Below are positions 44,358-53,756 of a stretch of 64,000 bases of DNA, in pieces (within the stretch, counting starts at the first letter, position 1; each line of letters begins with the position of its first letter). The stretch comes from a virus (lineage: Duplodnaviria > Caudoviricetes). The notes under the pieces were generated by a model that saw only the letters and a list, made by a program, of their open reading frames with translations, was not told the DNA's origin and searched no databases. The stretch lies in IMG/VR virus record IMGVR_UViG_3300042896_000052, positions 62-64,061 of that record. One strand, 5' to 3'. The translations under genes and the position numbers were made by a program.

Positions 44358-46262
44358 ATGACGCAATTAGTGACGATCGACCTCGAAACATATTACAGCC
44401 GGGACTTCAGTCTCTCGAAGATTAGCACCGAGGCGTATGTACGTAGCTCACAATTTGAGCCTATCGGCCTGAGCCTGAAGATCAACGATGCCCCGGGCGT
44501 CTGGTACCCCAAGCCTGAAGTGAACGACCTTCTGCGGGATACTGACTGGTCAGACTCGTTCATCATTGCGCAGAACACTGCGTTCGACGGAGCCATTCTC
44601 AACTGGCGCTACGGCGTGAACCCCAAGGGCTGGATGGACACCTTGGGTATGTCCCGTGCCCTGTACCCCCACGAGAAGTCTCATAGCCTTGCAGCACAGG
44701 CTATGCGTCACGGTATCGGGCAGAAGGGCACTGAGGTTATCAATGCGTTGGGCAAGCACTACGACGACTTTGGTACGCATGACTTGGATATGTACGCTCA
44801 GTATTGCATCAACGATGGCGAGTTGACATACAAGTTATTCAAACTGTACATGGGCATGGGCTTCCCCCGGCAGGAGCTTGAGCTTATCGACTTGACCCTG
44901 CGTATGTTTATTGAGCCGGCTCTGGTGCTGGACAAGGGGCTACTGGAGACACACTTAGGCGAGGTGAAGGCACGCAAGCTGACGCTGCTGGAAGACGTAC
45001 GGGACATGATGCTCAAGGACGCTGACCCAGACTTTGTGCACACCGTATTCTCCGAGGGTACGGAAGGTATCAAGAAATTGCTTATGTCCAACGAGAAGTT
45101 TGCTGACGTGCTGCGCAGGTTCAACGTCGAGCCGCCCATGAAGAAGAGCCCCGCCACGGGCAAGATGGCGTATGCGTTTGCCAAGACGGACGAGGGATTC
45201 ACCGCGCTGGCTGAGCATGAGAACTTTGATGTGCAGGGTCTTGTTGCTGCACGCTTGGGTACGAAGACAACGATTGAGGAGAGCCGTACCGAACGCTTCA
45301 TTGAGATGGCTGATCGTGGTTCGTTCCCGGTGCCCCTGCGCTACTACGGCGCGGCGACTGGTCGCTGGTCGGGCCAAGACAAGGTAAACCTGCAGAACCT
45401 CCCGTCACGCGGTAAGAACGCGGGCCGCATCAAGAAGTCTATGCTGGCCCCACCGGGCCATGTGGTTATCGACTGCGACTCGTCGCAGATTGAAGCGCGG
45501 GTACTGGCATGGCTGGCTGGGCAAGACGATCTGGTTGCGGCGTTCGAGCGCAAGGAAGACGTGTACAAGATGATGGCCATGCGTATATACAACGTACCCT
45601 TCGAGGAGATCGACTACACCAAGCGGCAGGTGGGCAAGACCGTGATTCTCGGTGCCGGATACGGCGTTGGCCACGTTAAGTTACAGGCGTTTCTGAAGAC
45701 GCAAGCAGGGGTTGAGGTGACACTGGAGGAAGCCAAGCGCATCATCGACACATACCGGGCGACCTACCACCACATACCCTTGTTCTGGAAGCGTTGTGAG
45801 GCGGCGCTGAGGTCCATGTCGCTGAGCCAGAGTGTTACGGTGGATGCCCCCGGGCTTATCACATCCGTTGCCACTGGTGGGTTTACGCTACCTAACGGGC
45901 TGACTATCCAGTACCCTGACCTGCGCCGTATGGTTATACGTGACAAGAAGACGGACGAGGAGAAGGCGCAGTGGAGCTATATGTCCAAGGGATTGCGGGT
46001 GCATGTGTACGGTGGCAAGGCGGTGGAGAACATCTGCCAAGCCGTGGCCCGTATCGTCATTGGTGAGCAGATGCTGCGCATTGCCAAGCGGTACAAGGTT
46101 GTGCTTACTGTGCACGATGCGATTGCCGTCGTGGTCCCGCAGGGGGAAGCAACGGAGGCCCGGGCGTTCGTAGAGGCGTGCATGTCGTGGCGTCCCAAGT
46201 GGGCACAGGCGCTGCCGCTGGCGTGCGAGTCAGGCATGGGAGCTTCGTATGGAGACTGTTAA
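44358..46262 (+). CDS. polA: DNA polymerase family A with 3'-5' exonuclease
   Basis: Exo I DLET, exo II NTAFD, exo III YCIND; motif A DSSQIEAR, motif B KTVILGAGYG, motif C VHD; likely start 44358. Confidence 0.95.
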   Translation: MTQLVTIDLETYYSRDFSLSKISTEAYVRSSQFEPIGLSLKINDAPGVWYPKPEVNDLLRDTDWSDSFIIAQNTAFDGAILNWRYGVNPKGWMDTLGMSRALYPHEKSHSLAAQAMRHGIGQKGTEVINALGKHYDDFGTHDLDMYAQYCINDGELTYKLFKLYMGMGFPRQELELIDLTLRMFIEPALVLDKGLLETHLGEVKARKLTLLEDVRDMMLKDADPDFVHTVFSEGTEGIKKLLMSNEKFADVLRRFNVEPPMKKSPATGKMAYAFAKTDEGFTALAEHENFDVQGLVAARLGTKTTIEESRTERFIEMADRGSFPVPLRYYGAATGRWSGQDKVNLQNLPSRGKNAGRIKKSMLAPPGHVVIDCDSSQIEARVLAWLAGQDDLVAAFERKEDVYKMMAMRIYNVPFEEIDYTKRQVGKTVILGAGYGVGHVKLQAFLKTQAGVEVTLEEAKRIIDTYRATYHHIPLFWKRCEAALRSMSLSQSVTVDAPGLITSVATGGFTLPNGLTIQYPDLRRMVIRDKKTDEEKAQWSYMSKGLRVHVYGGKAVENICQAVARIVIGEQMLRIAKRYKVVLTVHDAIAVVVPQGEATEARAFVEACMSWRPKWAQALPLACESGMGASYGDC

Positions 46263-46297
46263 AATACAGGCTCAAACAAACTAAACAAAGGTATCTC

Positions 46298-46957
46298 ATG
46301 GCACTCGCATTCTCGTTCTCCGCAATCAAGGACTTTCAGAATTGCCCTCGTAAGTACCATGAGGTTCGCATCCTAAAGAAACACAAGCAAGAAGACACAA
46401 CCGCTACGCTGTACGGCACGGCGGTACACCTTGCGTTCGAGAATTATGTTAAAGACAACATCCCACTTCCAGAAGCTTTTAAAAACTACCAGCACTTCGT
46501 GGAGCCTCTCACCAGACTCACCGGGGAAATCAAGTGCGAGCTCAAGCTCGCTATCCGTAAAGACTTCACCCCTTGCGAGTTCTTTGCGCCCGACGTGTGG
46601 TTCCGGGGACTACCGGATTTACTCGCAATTAATCGCAAGACGGGTGTCGCACGCGTAGTTGATTACAAGACTGGCAAGTCCAGTCGGTATGCCGACACAA
46701 CGCAGCTTGAACTGATGGCAGCAATGGTGATGTGCCACTACCCAGAGATTCATACCGTCAAAGGTGTGTTGCTGTTTGTTGTAGCAAACGATATCATCAA
46801 GGCTGAGTTTACCCGTGCACAACTCCCAACCATACTGTCTAAGTGGGCTGGGTACGCGGGTAATGTTGAAGACGCGCTTGAGCACGGTGTCTGGAACCCG
46901 AAGGCCAGTGGCCTGTGCGGATTCTGCCCCGTCAAGTCATGTGAATACCATAGATAG
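46298..46957 (+). CDS. Cas4/RecB-like PD-(D/E)XK exonuclease
   Basis: SFS...CPR, G..VH, PD, VDYKTG, QL, CGFCPVKSC; likely start 46298. Confidence 0.88.
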   Translation: MALAFSFSAIKDFQNCPRKYHEVRILKKHKQEDTTATLYGTAVHLAFENYVKDNIPLPEAFKNYQHFVEPLTRLTGEIKCELKLAIRKDFTPCEFFAPDVWFRGLPDLLAINRKTGVARVVDYKTGKSSRYADTTQLELMAAMVMCHYPEIHTVKGVLLFVVANDIIKAEFTRAQLPTILSKWAGYAGNVEDALEHGVWNPKASGLCGFCPVKSCEYHR

Positions 46958-46965
46958 GAAACCGT

Positions 46966-47253
46966 ATGGCTACCAAACCCCGCAACTACGCCAACGAGTA
47001 CGCCAAGTACCAAGGCACCCCCAAGCAGTTAGCTGCACAGTCCGAGCGCCACAAGGCACGCCGAGCGTATGAGAAAGCAAACGGGGTACTGCCGGACAAT
47101 GTAGACGTTGACCACAAGAAGGCACTATCCAAGGGCGGCACGTCCAGCGTAGGTAACCTGCAAGCTGCCACACGCGGCACTAACCGTAGCTTCTCGCGTA
47201 CCAAAACAGGTGCGATGAAATCGCAGATAAGTAAGCGCGAAGCGAAGAAGTAG
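46966..47253 (+). CDS. Small HNH-fold protein
   Basis: DVDHKKALSKGG...NL.....NRS. Confidence 0.75.
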   Translation: MATKPRNYANEYAKYQGTPKQLAAQSERHKARRAYEKANGVLPDNVDVDHKKALSKGGTSSVGNLQAATRGTNRSFSRTKTGAMKSQISKREAKK

Positions 47254-47317
47254 AGTAGTATTCAGGGGCCCCCAGTCATGCGGGGGTCTCTTTGGTTGAT
47301 GGTTGATTGATTGGATT

Positions 47318-47347
47318 ACACGATAGTTTCGGCTATCGTGTTTTTTT
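47318..47347 (+). terminator. Intrinsic terminator
   Basis: ACACGATAGT-TTCG-GCTATCGTGT-TTTTTT. Confidence 0.85.
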
Positions 47348-47368
47348 CGTCGTTATAAGGAAAATTCC

Positions 47369-48919
47369 GTGGAAATTGTGGACAACAAAGCGTTGCTATT
47401 TGTAACGCGCAAGGCAGACCAGATCACTGCCTTGATACCCAAAAGTAAGATACTGGAGCGCCTCGGGGACAAAGCCAAAGTGCTCGTCAACTGGGGACAT
47501 GAGGAGACAAAGCTCCTGCGTAACCTGCAGATTAAGGACGTGCCGTTCCCGATCTCTGGCAGATACAGGTGGCCCGGTGTGTACACACCCTTCGCGCATC
47601 AGCGCACCACTGCCGAGTTTCTGGTGGCCAACCACCGTTGCTTAGTGTTGAGCGAAGCGGGCACAGGAAAGACAAGTGCAGCAGCATGGGCGGCAGACTA
47701 TTTGTTTGTGCACAAGGAGATCAAGCGGGTGCTCATCGTCTGCCCGGTGTCGATCATGGATACCGCATGGCGTGCTGACTTGTTCCGTACGGTAATGCAC
47801 CGCACTGTGGCTATCGCCACGGGGGCACGCGAGAAACGAATCCGCATAGTGCAGGGTGACTACGAGTTCATCATCATCAACTTCGACGGTGTTAAGGTTG
47901 TCCGGCCCGAGTTGGAAGCCGCAGGGTTCGATCTGATTATTGTGGACGAAGCCTCTGCTATTAAGTCAGTGAGTACAGACCGCTGGAAGGCGCTGAACAG
48001 CTTGTTGCGCCCAACGACCCGCCTATGGCTGATGACAGGCACCCCGGCCTCGCAGTCCCCGGTGGACGCATACGGTCTGGCCAAGATGGTTAACCCCGCA
48101 GGTGTGCCCCGGTTCTTCGGTGCGTTCCGGGACATGGTGATGTACAAGCAGACGCAGTTCAAGTGGGCACCGAAGCGAGACTCACAGGACACCGTGTACA
48201 AAGTCTTGCAGCCTGCCATTCGGTTCACCAAAGAGGAATGCCTTGACCTGCCGGACATGCTGTACACCACACGGGACGTTCCACTAACTGTGCAGCAACA
48301 GAAATACTACGACCTGATTAAGAAGACGATGGTTGCGTTAGCAGCAGGGGCCGAGATCACGGCAGTCAACGCAGCGGGGCTACTCAACAAGCTCTTGCAG
48401 ATCAGCCAAGGGGCAGCGTACACCACCGAGAAGGAAGTCATTGAGTTCGATATCACAAGCCGGCTCAACGAGCTACTCGACGTTATCAATCAGACCAGCC
48501 ACAAGGTCATCGTATTTGTGAACTTCCGGCATGTACTGGAGACACTGGAGCAAGCACTGGCCAAGGAAGGCATCAGCACTGCATCTATCCACGGTGGGGT
48601 GGCTGCTGGCCAACGGGCCGATATCATCAAACGGTTCCAGACAGAAGATGACCCCCGGGTGTTGCTGCTGATTCCCGCTGCCGCTGCCCACGGCATCACA
48701 CTGACCAAGGCAGACACCGTAGTCTGGTGGGGCCCAACGTCCTCTGCAGAGATGTACATACAGGGCAACGCCCGAGCGCACCGGGCCGGGCAGGTGAACA
48801 AAGTCACGGTAGTCCGACTGCAAGGAAGCCCCGTTGAGCGGCGGCTGTACGCCATGCTAGATGGAAAAGTTGACCTCCATCAGGGCTTAGTTGATTTATA
48901 TCGTCAAGAAATAGCTTGA
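47369..48919 (+). CDS. SNF2-family (SF2) helicase
   Basis: EAGTGKT, IVDEAS, MTGTP, HGITLT, QGNARAHRAGQ. Confidence 0.93.
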   Translation: MEIVDNKALLFVTRKADQITALIPKSKILERLGDKAKVLVNWGHEETKLLRNLQIKDVPFPISGRYRWPGVYTPFAHQRTTAEFLVANHRCLVLSEAGTGKTSAAAWAADYLFVHKEIKRVLIVCPVSIMDTAWRADLFRTVMHRTVAIATGAREKRIRIVQGDYEFIIINFDGVKVVRPELEAAGFDLIIVDEASAIKSVSTDRWKALNSLLRPTTRLWLMTGTPASQSPVDAYGLAKMVNPAGVPRFFGAFRDMVMYKQTQFKWAPKRDSQDTVYKVLQPAIRFTKEECLDLPDMLYTTRDVPLTVQQQKYYDLIKKTMVALAAGAEITAVNAAGLLNKLLQISQGAAYTTEKEVIEFDITSRLNELLDVINQTSHKVIVFVNFRHVLETLEQALAKEGISTASIHGGVAAGQRADIIKRFQTEDDPRVLLLIPAAAAHGITLTKADTVVWWGPTSSAEMYIQGNARAHRAGQVNKVTVVRLQGSPVERRLYAMLDGKVDLHQGLVDLYRQEIA

Positions 48920-48943
48920 CTCAGGTAATTACCTGTGTATAAT
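48916..48943 (+). promoter_or_regulatory. Sigma70 promoter with palindromic operator in spacer
   Basis: TTGACT-16 bp-TATAAT; the spacer holds the perfect palindrome CAGGTAATTACCTG (48922-48935). Confidence 0.75.
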
Positions 48944-48968
48944 AGAGTCACCAACCAAGGAGATATAC

Positions 48969-49379
48969 ATGACCGAAGAAACTACAGTACACCCAGCCGA
49001 CAAGCTGGTTAAGGTGTACATCAAAATACGCGATGCTAAGGCTGCGTTAGTGCGAGAGCATGACACCGCAGTGGCCGGGCTAGATGCCCAACTGAACATG
49101 ATTCAGGACGAACTGCTTACCATCTGCAAGTCCACGGGGCAAGACGGCGGCAAGACTTCACACGGTACGTTTACGCGCACAGTGAAGACCCGCTACGACA
49201 CGACTGATTGGGCTTCTATGCACGCCTTTATCAAAGAGCACGACGCACTGGAGTTGTTGGAACGCCGAGTGTCACAACTCAATATGAAGTCGTTCCTCAC
49301 AGAGAACCCTGATCTGCTACCCGCAGGGCTGAATGTTATGTCCCGCTATGCCATTACTGTACGGAGGCCAACTAAGTAA
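48969..49379 (+). CDS. Conserved replication-module protein
   Basis: AAGGAG RBS; coiled coil followed by T.HGT, DW, LLERRV, LPAG. Confidence 0.75.
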   Translation: MTEETTVHPADKLVKVYIKIRDAKAALVREHDTAVAGLDAQLNMIQDELLTICKSTGQDGGKTSHGTFTRTVKTRYDTTDWASMHAFIKEHDALELLERRVSQLNMKSFLTENPDLLPAGLNVMSRYAITVRRPTK

Positions 49380-49431
49380 TAACCCTACCCTTACCCCAAC
49401 CTGTTTCCCATCTAACCATTAGAAAGACTAT

Positions 49432-50337
49432 ATGTCCGAAATCACATTATTTAAATCCGGCGCTCTCCTCCCTGACTACCTCCGCGAAGGTACTGACGAA
49501 CTGACTAAACGCCTTGCTGGTACATCCGGCGGCAAGTCCATCTCTACCGAAGGCGGCGTGTTCCGCATGATCGTTGGCGGCGATGAGATTGCCAAGAACG
49601 AAGATCGCGGTATGAACGTGGTTATCGTCAACGCAGCGCGTGATGTAGCCCGTGCCTACTACGTGGGTGAGTATGTCAAAGGCGAGTCCAACGGCCCCGT
49701 CTGCGCTTCCGGTGACGGCAAGACTCCTGATGCCAGCATCAAAGAGCCACAGAGCAAGTCCTGCGCTACTTGTGCACAGAATATTGCTGGCTCTGGTAAG
49801 GGTGACTCCCGCGCTTGCCGCTTCAACCAGCGTTTCGCTGTGGTGCTTGAGAACGATCTGGGCGGCAACGTGTACCGCTTGCAACTGCCAGCTACTTCGC
49901 TGTTTGGTAAAGCAGAGGGCAACAAGATGCCAATGCAAGCCTACGCTAAGTTTCTGCAAGGCCACGGTGTGCCGCTGTCCGGCATCGTTACTGAAGCTCG
50001 TTTCGATACGTCAGCCTCGGTTGCTGTGTTGAAGTTCAGCGCAGTGCGCCCACTGACCCGCGACGAGTTGGCTGTGGCCCGTGCCCAAGGCACATCGGAG
50101 GATGCTGCTCAAGCAGTTGAGTTCAAGCTGGCCCCACCAAAGGAAGCCCCGGCGCTGCCAATGTCGTTCTCGAAGCCAGCCGTAGAGGAGTCTGCACCAG
50201 TGCCAAAACTCGTAGCGGAGCCTGTAGATGAGGTTCAGACTCCAGTAAAACGCGCTGCAAAGAAAGAGCCTGTTGCAGTGGTGGCCAGCAAAGACGTGAG
50301 CGCAGTGCTCGACGATTGGGGTTCAGACGATGAGTGA
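49432..50337 (+). CDS. Putative single-stranded DNA-binding protein with Cys4 site
   Basis: PVC.S.DG..P, CATCAQN, RAC; acidic C-terminal tail DDWGSDDE. Confidence 0.7.
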   Translation: MSEITLFKSGALLPDYLREGTDELTKRLAGTSGGKSISTEGGVFRMIVGGDEIAKNEDRGMNVVIVNAARDVARAYYVGEYVKGESNGPVCASGDGKTPDASIKEPQSKSCATCAQNIAGSGKGDSRACRFNQRFAVVLENDLGGNVYRLQLPATSLFGKAEGNKMPMQAYAKFLQGHGVPLSGIVTEARFDTSASVAVLKFSAVRPLTRDELAVARAQGTSEDAAQAVEFKLAPPKEAPALPMSFSKPAVEESAPVPKLVAEPVDEVQTPVKRAAKKEPVAVVASKDVSAVLDDWGSDDE

Positions 50338-50569
50338 TTCCCGAGGGTACTCATATACGATGGTGAAAACCGTTGAGCAGGCAGACCAAAAGCTGCCGGG
50401 AGTACAACTTGGGCTAACTTGCATTAAGCTAGGTGTACCGGCAGCGCAAGTTGCCATACATCTAGGGGTTTCCCGGCAGACTGTGTACTCATGGTTTACT
50501 GGGAGGTTCAAGCCTAAAGCAGAGCAGGTGGTAAAAATACTAAACCTGCATGAGTTGTACTTAGAATAG
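50330..50569 (+). CDS. Cro/XRE-like helix-turn-helix regulator
   Basis: AAQVAIHLGVSRQTVYSWFTG..P. Confidence 0.85.
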   Translation: MSDSRGYSYTMVKTVEQADQKLPGVQLGLTCIKLGVPAAQVAIHLGVSRQTVYSWFTGRFKPKAEQVVKILNLHELYLE

Positions 50570-50645
50570 CCGGATATACTTCCGGCGGGGCTTGAGGAAG
50601 CTGATCCCTTCCTGACGCAGCGGAACACGGGCCGCTGCCCCACCT
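50569..50645 (+). ncRNA. Candidate structured RNA upstream of primase
   Basis: GCCGGA/TCCGGC hairpin, then a three-way junction GGGG[AGGAAG/CTTCCT][CAGCGG/CCGCTG]CCCC. Confidence 0.4.
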
Positions 50646-50677
50646 TTATCATCCGTAATATCAGACCGTGAGATGCC

Positions 50678-53542
50678 GTGAACTACTCTTTTTATACTGC
50701 CGTTCTCCCTGCTGAAGGCCCATACTGCGTAGTAGGGATTAAGGGACAAGCGGTACACCCAACATTCCACCCCACAATTGCTGACGTTGTTACTCAAGGT
50801 GCCCGACTCCGCGCCGACCAGTACAACGTCTTTTTTGCGCTTGCCAGTTTTGTTGAGGCCACGGCCCGTAAGGCCGACAATGTTAAGGCCCTGCGCTGCT
50901 TCTTCATTGATCTGGACTGCGGAGCCGACAAGACTTACGCCTCCCGCGATGACGCAGCAATAGCCCTGCGTAAATTCATAACCGAGGCCAAGCTGCCAGA
51001 ACCCTACGTGGTGAACTCCGGCCGGGGGCTGCACGCATACTGGCCGTTCCATGAAGAACTTACCCTTGCACAGTGGATACCGCTGGCCCGGACGTTCAAG
51101 GCACTGTGCGTCGAGCATCGGCTTGGCATAGACGTGACCGTCACCGCTGATGCAGCCCGTGTTCTGCGTATGGTGGACACCGAGAACCACAAGGTGAGCC
51201 CCGCCCTGCCAGTCCAGTTACTTGCCTCTGGTGTGATATCGGACCTGTCGGTGCTTACTGCCCTACTGCCGGCCCCACCGATGGACTTGAGTGCCGCTAA
51301 GAGTTATGGCATGGACGAGATGACCGCTAACTTGGCCGGGGGTGACTACCCGACTACGGAGTTTGCCCGTATCGTACGCCGCAGCATGAAAGGCACCGGT
51401 TGTGCACAGATTGCCCACGCAGTACAGAACGCTGCTACGCTTGAAGAACCCCTCTGGAGGTCGGCACTGTCGATTGCATGGCGCTGTACCGATGCCGAGA
51501 CGGCTATCCAAATGCTGTCACGCGCACACCCCGGGTACACTGCCGAGAACACACTGCGCAAGGCAGAAGCTACCATCGGGCCTATCACCTGTGACTGGTA
51601 CCGGGAGAACAACAGTGCCCTTTGTACAGGATGTACCCAACGCTGCAGCAGTCCCATTGCCATCGGCCGCAAGGTTGAAGCTACCCAAGCAGTGAACGAC
51701 GTGTATATCGTTGAGCAGCAGTTGAACTCCGACAAGGAGCAGGACGCTGGCCCGGCCACTATCCAAGTTGAAATCCCTGCGTACCCCTTCCCGTACTTCC
51801 GTGGCGTGCACGGCGGCGTCTACCTCAAGACCAAGGATAAGGACGGCGACCCGATTGAGCAGGAGATTTACAAGTACGACCTGTACCTAACCTCTAGGTA
51901 CTATGACGCAGATGAGCACGGCGATGGTGACGGTGAAGTCGTTGGCGTTAACCTGCACACCCCACACGATGGCATCCGCCGCTTCGTTGTTCCCGTAGTT
52001 AGCTTGCTCACAAAAGAAAAAATGCGTGACGTTCTCACCAAGCACGGCGTCATTGCCCTCCCCAAAGAATTGGATTCAATCATGGCTTACCTCGCTTCCT
52101 CAATCCGTAACCTGCAGAAGATGTTCTCTGCTGACCGCACCCGCAACCAAATGGGCTGGACCCCTGATGACAAAGGATTTGTCGTTGGTGAGATCGAATA
52201 CACCGCAGAGGGCGCACGCCTTGCCCCGGCTGGCTCCGCAACTCGGGCTATGGCCCCGGCGCTTACCGCAAAGGGTTCGCTGGAGGAGTGGTCCAAGATT
52301 GCCAACTTCTACAACCGTCCCGGCATGGAGGCCCATGCACTGGCCTTGTTCTTCGGTATGGGTGCGCCCCTGCTGCGCATGATCGGCGGCATGGAGGTAC
52401 GCGGTGCGGCCATCAACCTTATGTCCAACAAGTCCGGCACAGGCAAGACCACCGTCCAGATGGTTATCAACTCCATGTTCGGTCACCCCAGCGCGTTGCT
52501 GATGAAGAAGACAGACACAATGGCTTCCAAGATGCAGTGGCTAGGCACACTGAATACCATTGCCGCCACGATGGACGAGGTGACCAACATCACCGATGCC
52601 GACCTCTCCGAGATGATTTACGATATTCCCCAAGGCCGGGGCAAGCACCGCATGGAATCGCAGAGCAACCGTATGCGGGCAAACACTATCTCATGGATGA
52701 CCTTTGTGATTATGTCGAGCAACTCCTCGTTGTATGACAAGTTGAGCAACCACAAGACAACATCGGATGGCGAGTTGCGGCGTCTGATTGAGCTCCGTAT
52801 TACCCGCCCGGAGAACATCTCTAAGCAAGAATCCGATGCGGTCTTTGGCAAGCTCAGCGAGAACTACGGCATGGCCGGCCCGGTGTTTATGCAGTACGTG
52901 TTGAAGAACCCTGAGAAGGTCCGAGCGCTGCTCAACAAGATCAAGAAGAAGATCGACCTCGACATGAACTTGGACCAGTCTGACCGGTTCTACTCTGTGA
53001 TTCTGGCCTGTGCCTTCGCTGCCGCTACCGTTGCCAAGCAACTCAAGCTCCACGAGATCGACATACCTAGGGTTTACCAGTACGCATTGGTGACCATTGC
53101 CAATATCCGTAACAACATCGTGAAGCCAGCCAGCAACACCACTATGGCGGCACAGGAAACCCTGACTACGTACATCAACGAGAACCTGAACAACGCACTG
53201 ATCGTCAACGCCAAGCGTGGTGGAGTTCCGCAAGCGCCGATACGGGAGCCCCGTGGCCCGTTGCGTATTCGGTATGAACCAGATACCGCAGAGTTATGGA
53301 TTCCCGCCGCTGCCCTGCGCGACTATTTTGTGAGCCGCCAAGTGGACTTCCAGCAAGCCGTGAAAGACCTGACTGGCAAGGGTATCTTCAAGAACGACGG
53401 CTCGGCTACGACCAAGCGTATTGGTTCTGGTGCAGTGGGCAACTTCGAGACGCTTGGGGTGCGCTGCTACTGCATTGACGGAGCCAGTGTTGGCATGGAC
53501 TCCGAGGGCTTTGCTGATGACGCTGCCTCCCCTGCTGCCTGA
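50678..53542 (+). CDS. Primase-helicase (AEP/RepB-like primase + DUF927-like helicase)
   Basis: FFIDLD, NSGRGLHAYW, DAARVLR, Cys cluster, MGW, Walker A SGTGKTT, MDE. Confidence 0.9.
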   Translation: MNYSFYTAVLPAEGPYCVVGIKGQAVHPTFHPTIADVVTQGARLRADQYNVFFALASFVEATARKADNVKALRCFFIDLDCGADKTYASRDDAAIALRKFITEAKLPEPYVVNSGRGLHAYWPFHEELTLAQWIPLARTFKALCVEHRLGIDVTVTADAARVLRMVDTENHKVSPALPVQLLASGVISDLSVLTALLPAPPMDLSAAKSYGMDEMTANLAGGDYPTTEFARIVRRSMKGTGCAQIAHAVQNAATLEEPLWRSALSIAWRCTDAETAIQMLSRAHPGYTAENTLRKAEATIGPITCDWYRENNSALCTGCTQRCSSPIAIGRKVEATQAVNDVYIVEQQLNSDKEQDAGPATIQVEIPAYPFPYFRGVHGGVYLKTKDKDGDPIEQEIYKYDLYLTSRYYDADEHGDGDGEVVGVNLHTPHDGIRRFVVPVVSLLTKEKMRDVLTKHGVIALPKELDSIMAYLASSIRNLQKMFSADRTRNQMGWTPDDKGFVVGEIEYTAEGARLAPAGSATRAMAPALTAKGSLEEWSKIANFYNRPGMEAHALALFFGMGAPLLRMIGGMEVRGAAINLMSNKSGTGKTTVQMVINSMFGHPSALLMKKTDTMASKMQWLGTLNTIAATMDEVTNITDADLSEMIYDIPQGRGKHRMESQSNRMRANTISWMTFVIMSSNSSLYDKLSNHKTTSDGELRRLIELRITRPENISKQESDAVFGKLSENYGMAGPVFMQYVLKNPEKVRALLNKIKKKIDLDMNLDQSDRFYSVILACAFAAATVAKQLKLHEIDIPRVYQYALVTIANIRNNIVKPASNTTMAAQETLTTYINENLNNALIVNAKRGGVPQAPIREPRGPLRIRYEPDTAELWIPAAALRDYFVSRQVDFQQAVKDLTGKGIFKNDGSATTKRIGSGAVGNFETLGVRCYCIDGASVGMDSEGFADDAASPAA

Positions 53543-53756
53543 CTCGGTACGCTTTATAACCCTGTACGGCATCCCGTACTTCATCCCGTGGGAGGACTTC
53601 CTCCCCGGGTATTCCGTCTTCCTCAAGACAAGCACCTGCGCCAGTGAGGTTCAATTAGCGTGCCGGGAGGCCGAGAAGTACCTCCAGATCACACTCCGCG
53701 CCAGACCCCGGTTGGAGTTTGGATATTACGGAGTGCGTATCTGGCGGCTATCTTAG
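53517..53756 (+). CDS. Small putative DNA-binding protein
   Basis: IPWEDFLPGYSVF...GVRIWR; likely ATG at 53517. Confidence 0.55.
   Translation: MTLPPLLPDSVRFITLYGIPYFIPWEDFLPGYSVFLKTSTCASEVQLACREAEKYLQITLRARPRLEFGYYGVRIWRLS

Larger units (their letters stand above)
29139..49425. repeat. Dispersed 17-bp palindrome YATCTAA-YSR-TTAGATR, 14 copies plus a partial one at 28349
   Basis: Copies start at 29139, 29194, 29745, 30879, 31103, 31489, 32128, 32916, 33999, 35525, 36716, 37627, 39348 and 49409. Confidence 0.95.

Noticed and set aside
46298-46957. Cas4-like gene as part of a CRISPR-Cas system
   Set aside because: Solo Cas4-like nucleases are routine in phage replication modules; no cas1, cas2 or array.
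50569-50645. tRNA gene
   Set aside because: No T-loop GTTC or D-loop consensus and no 7-bp acceptor stem.
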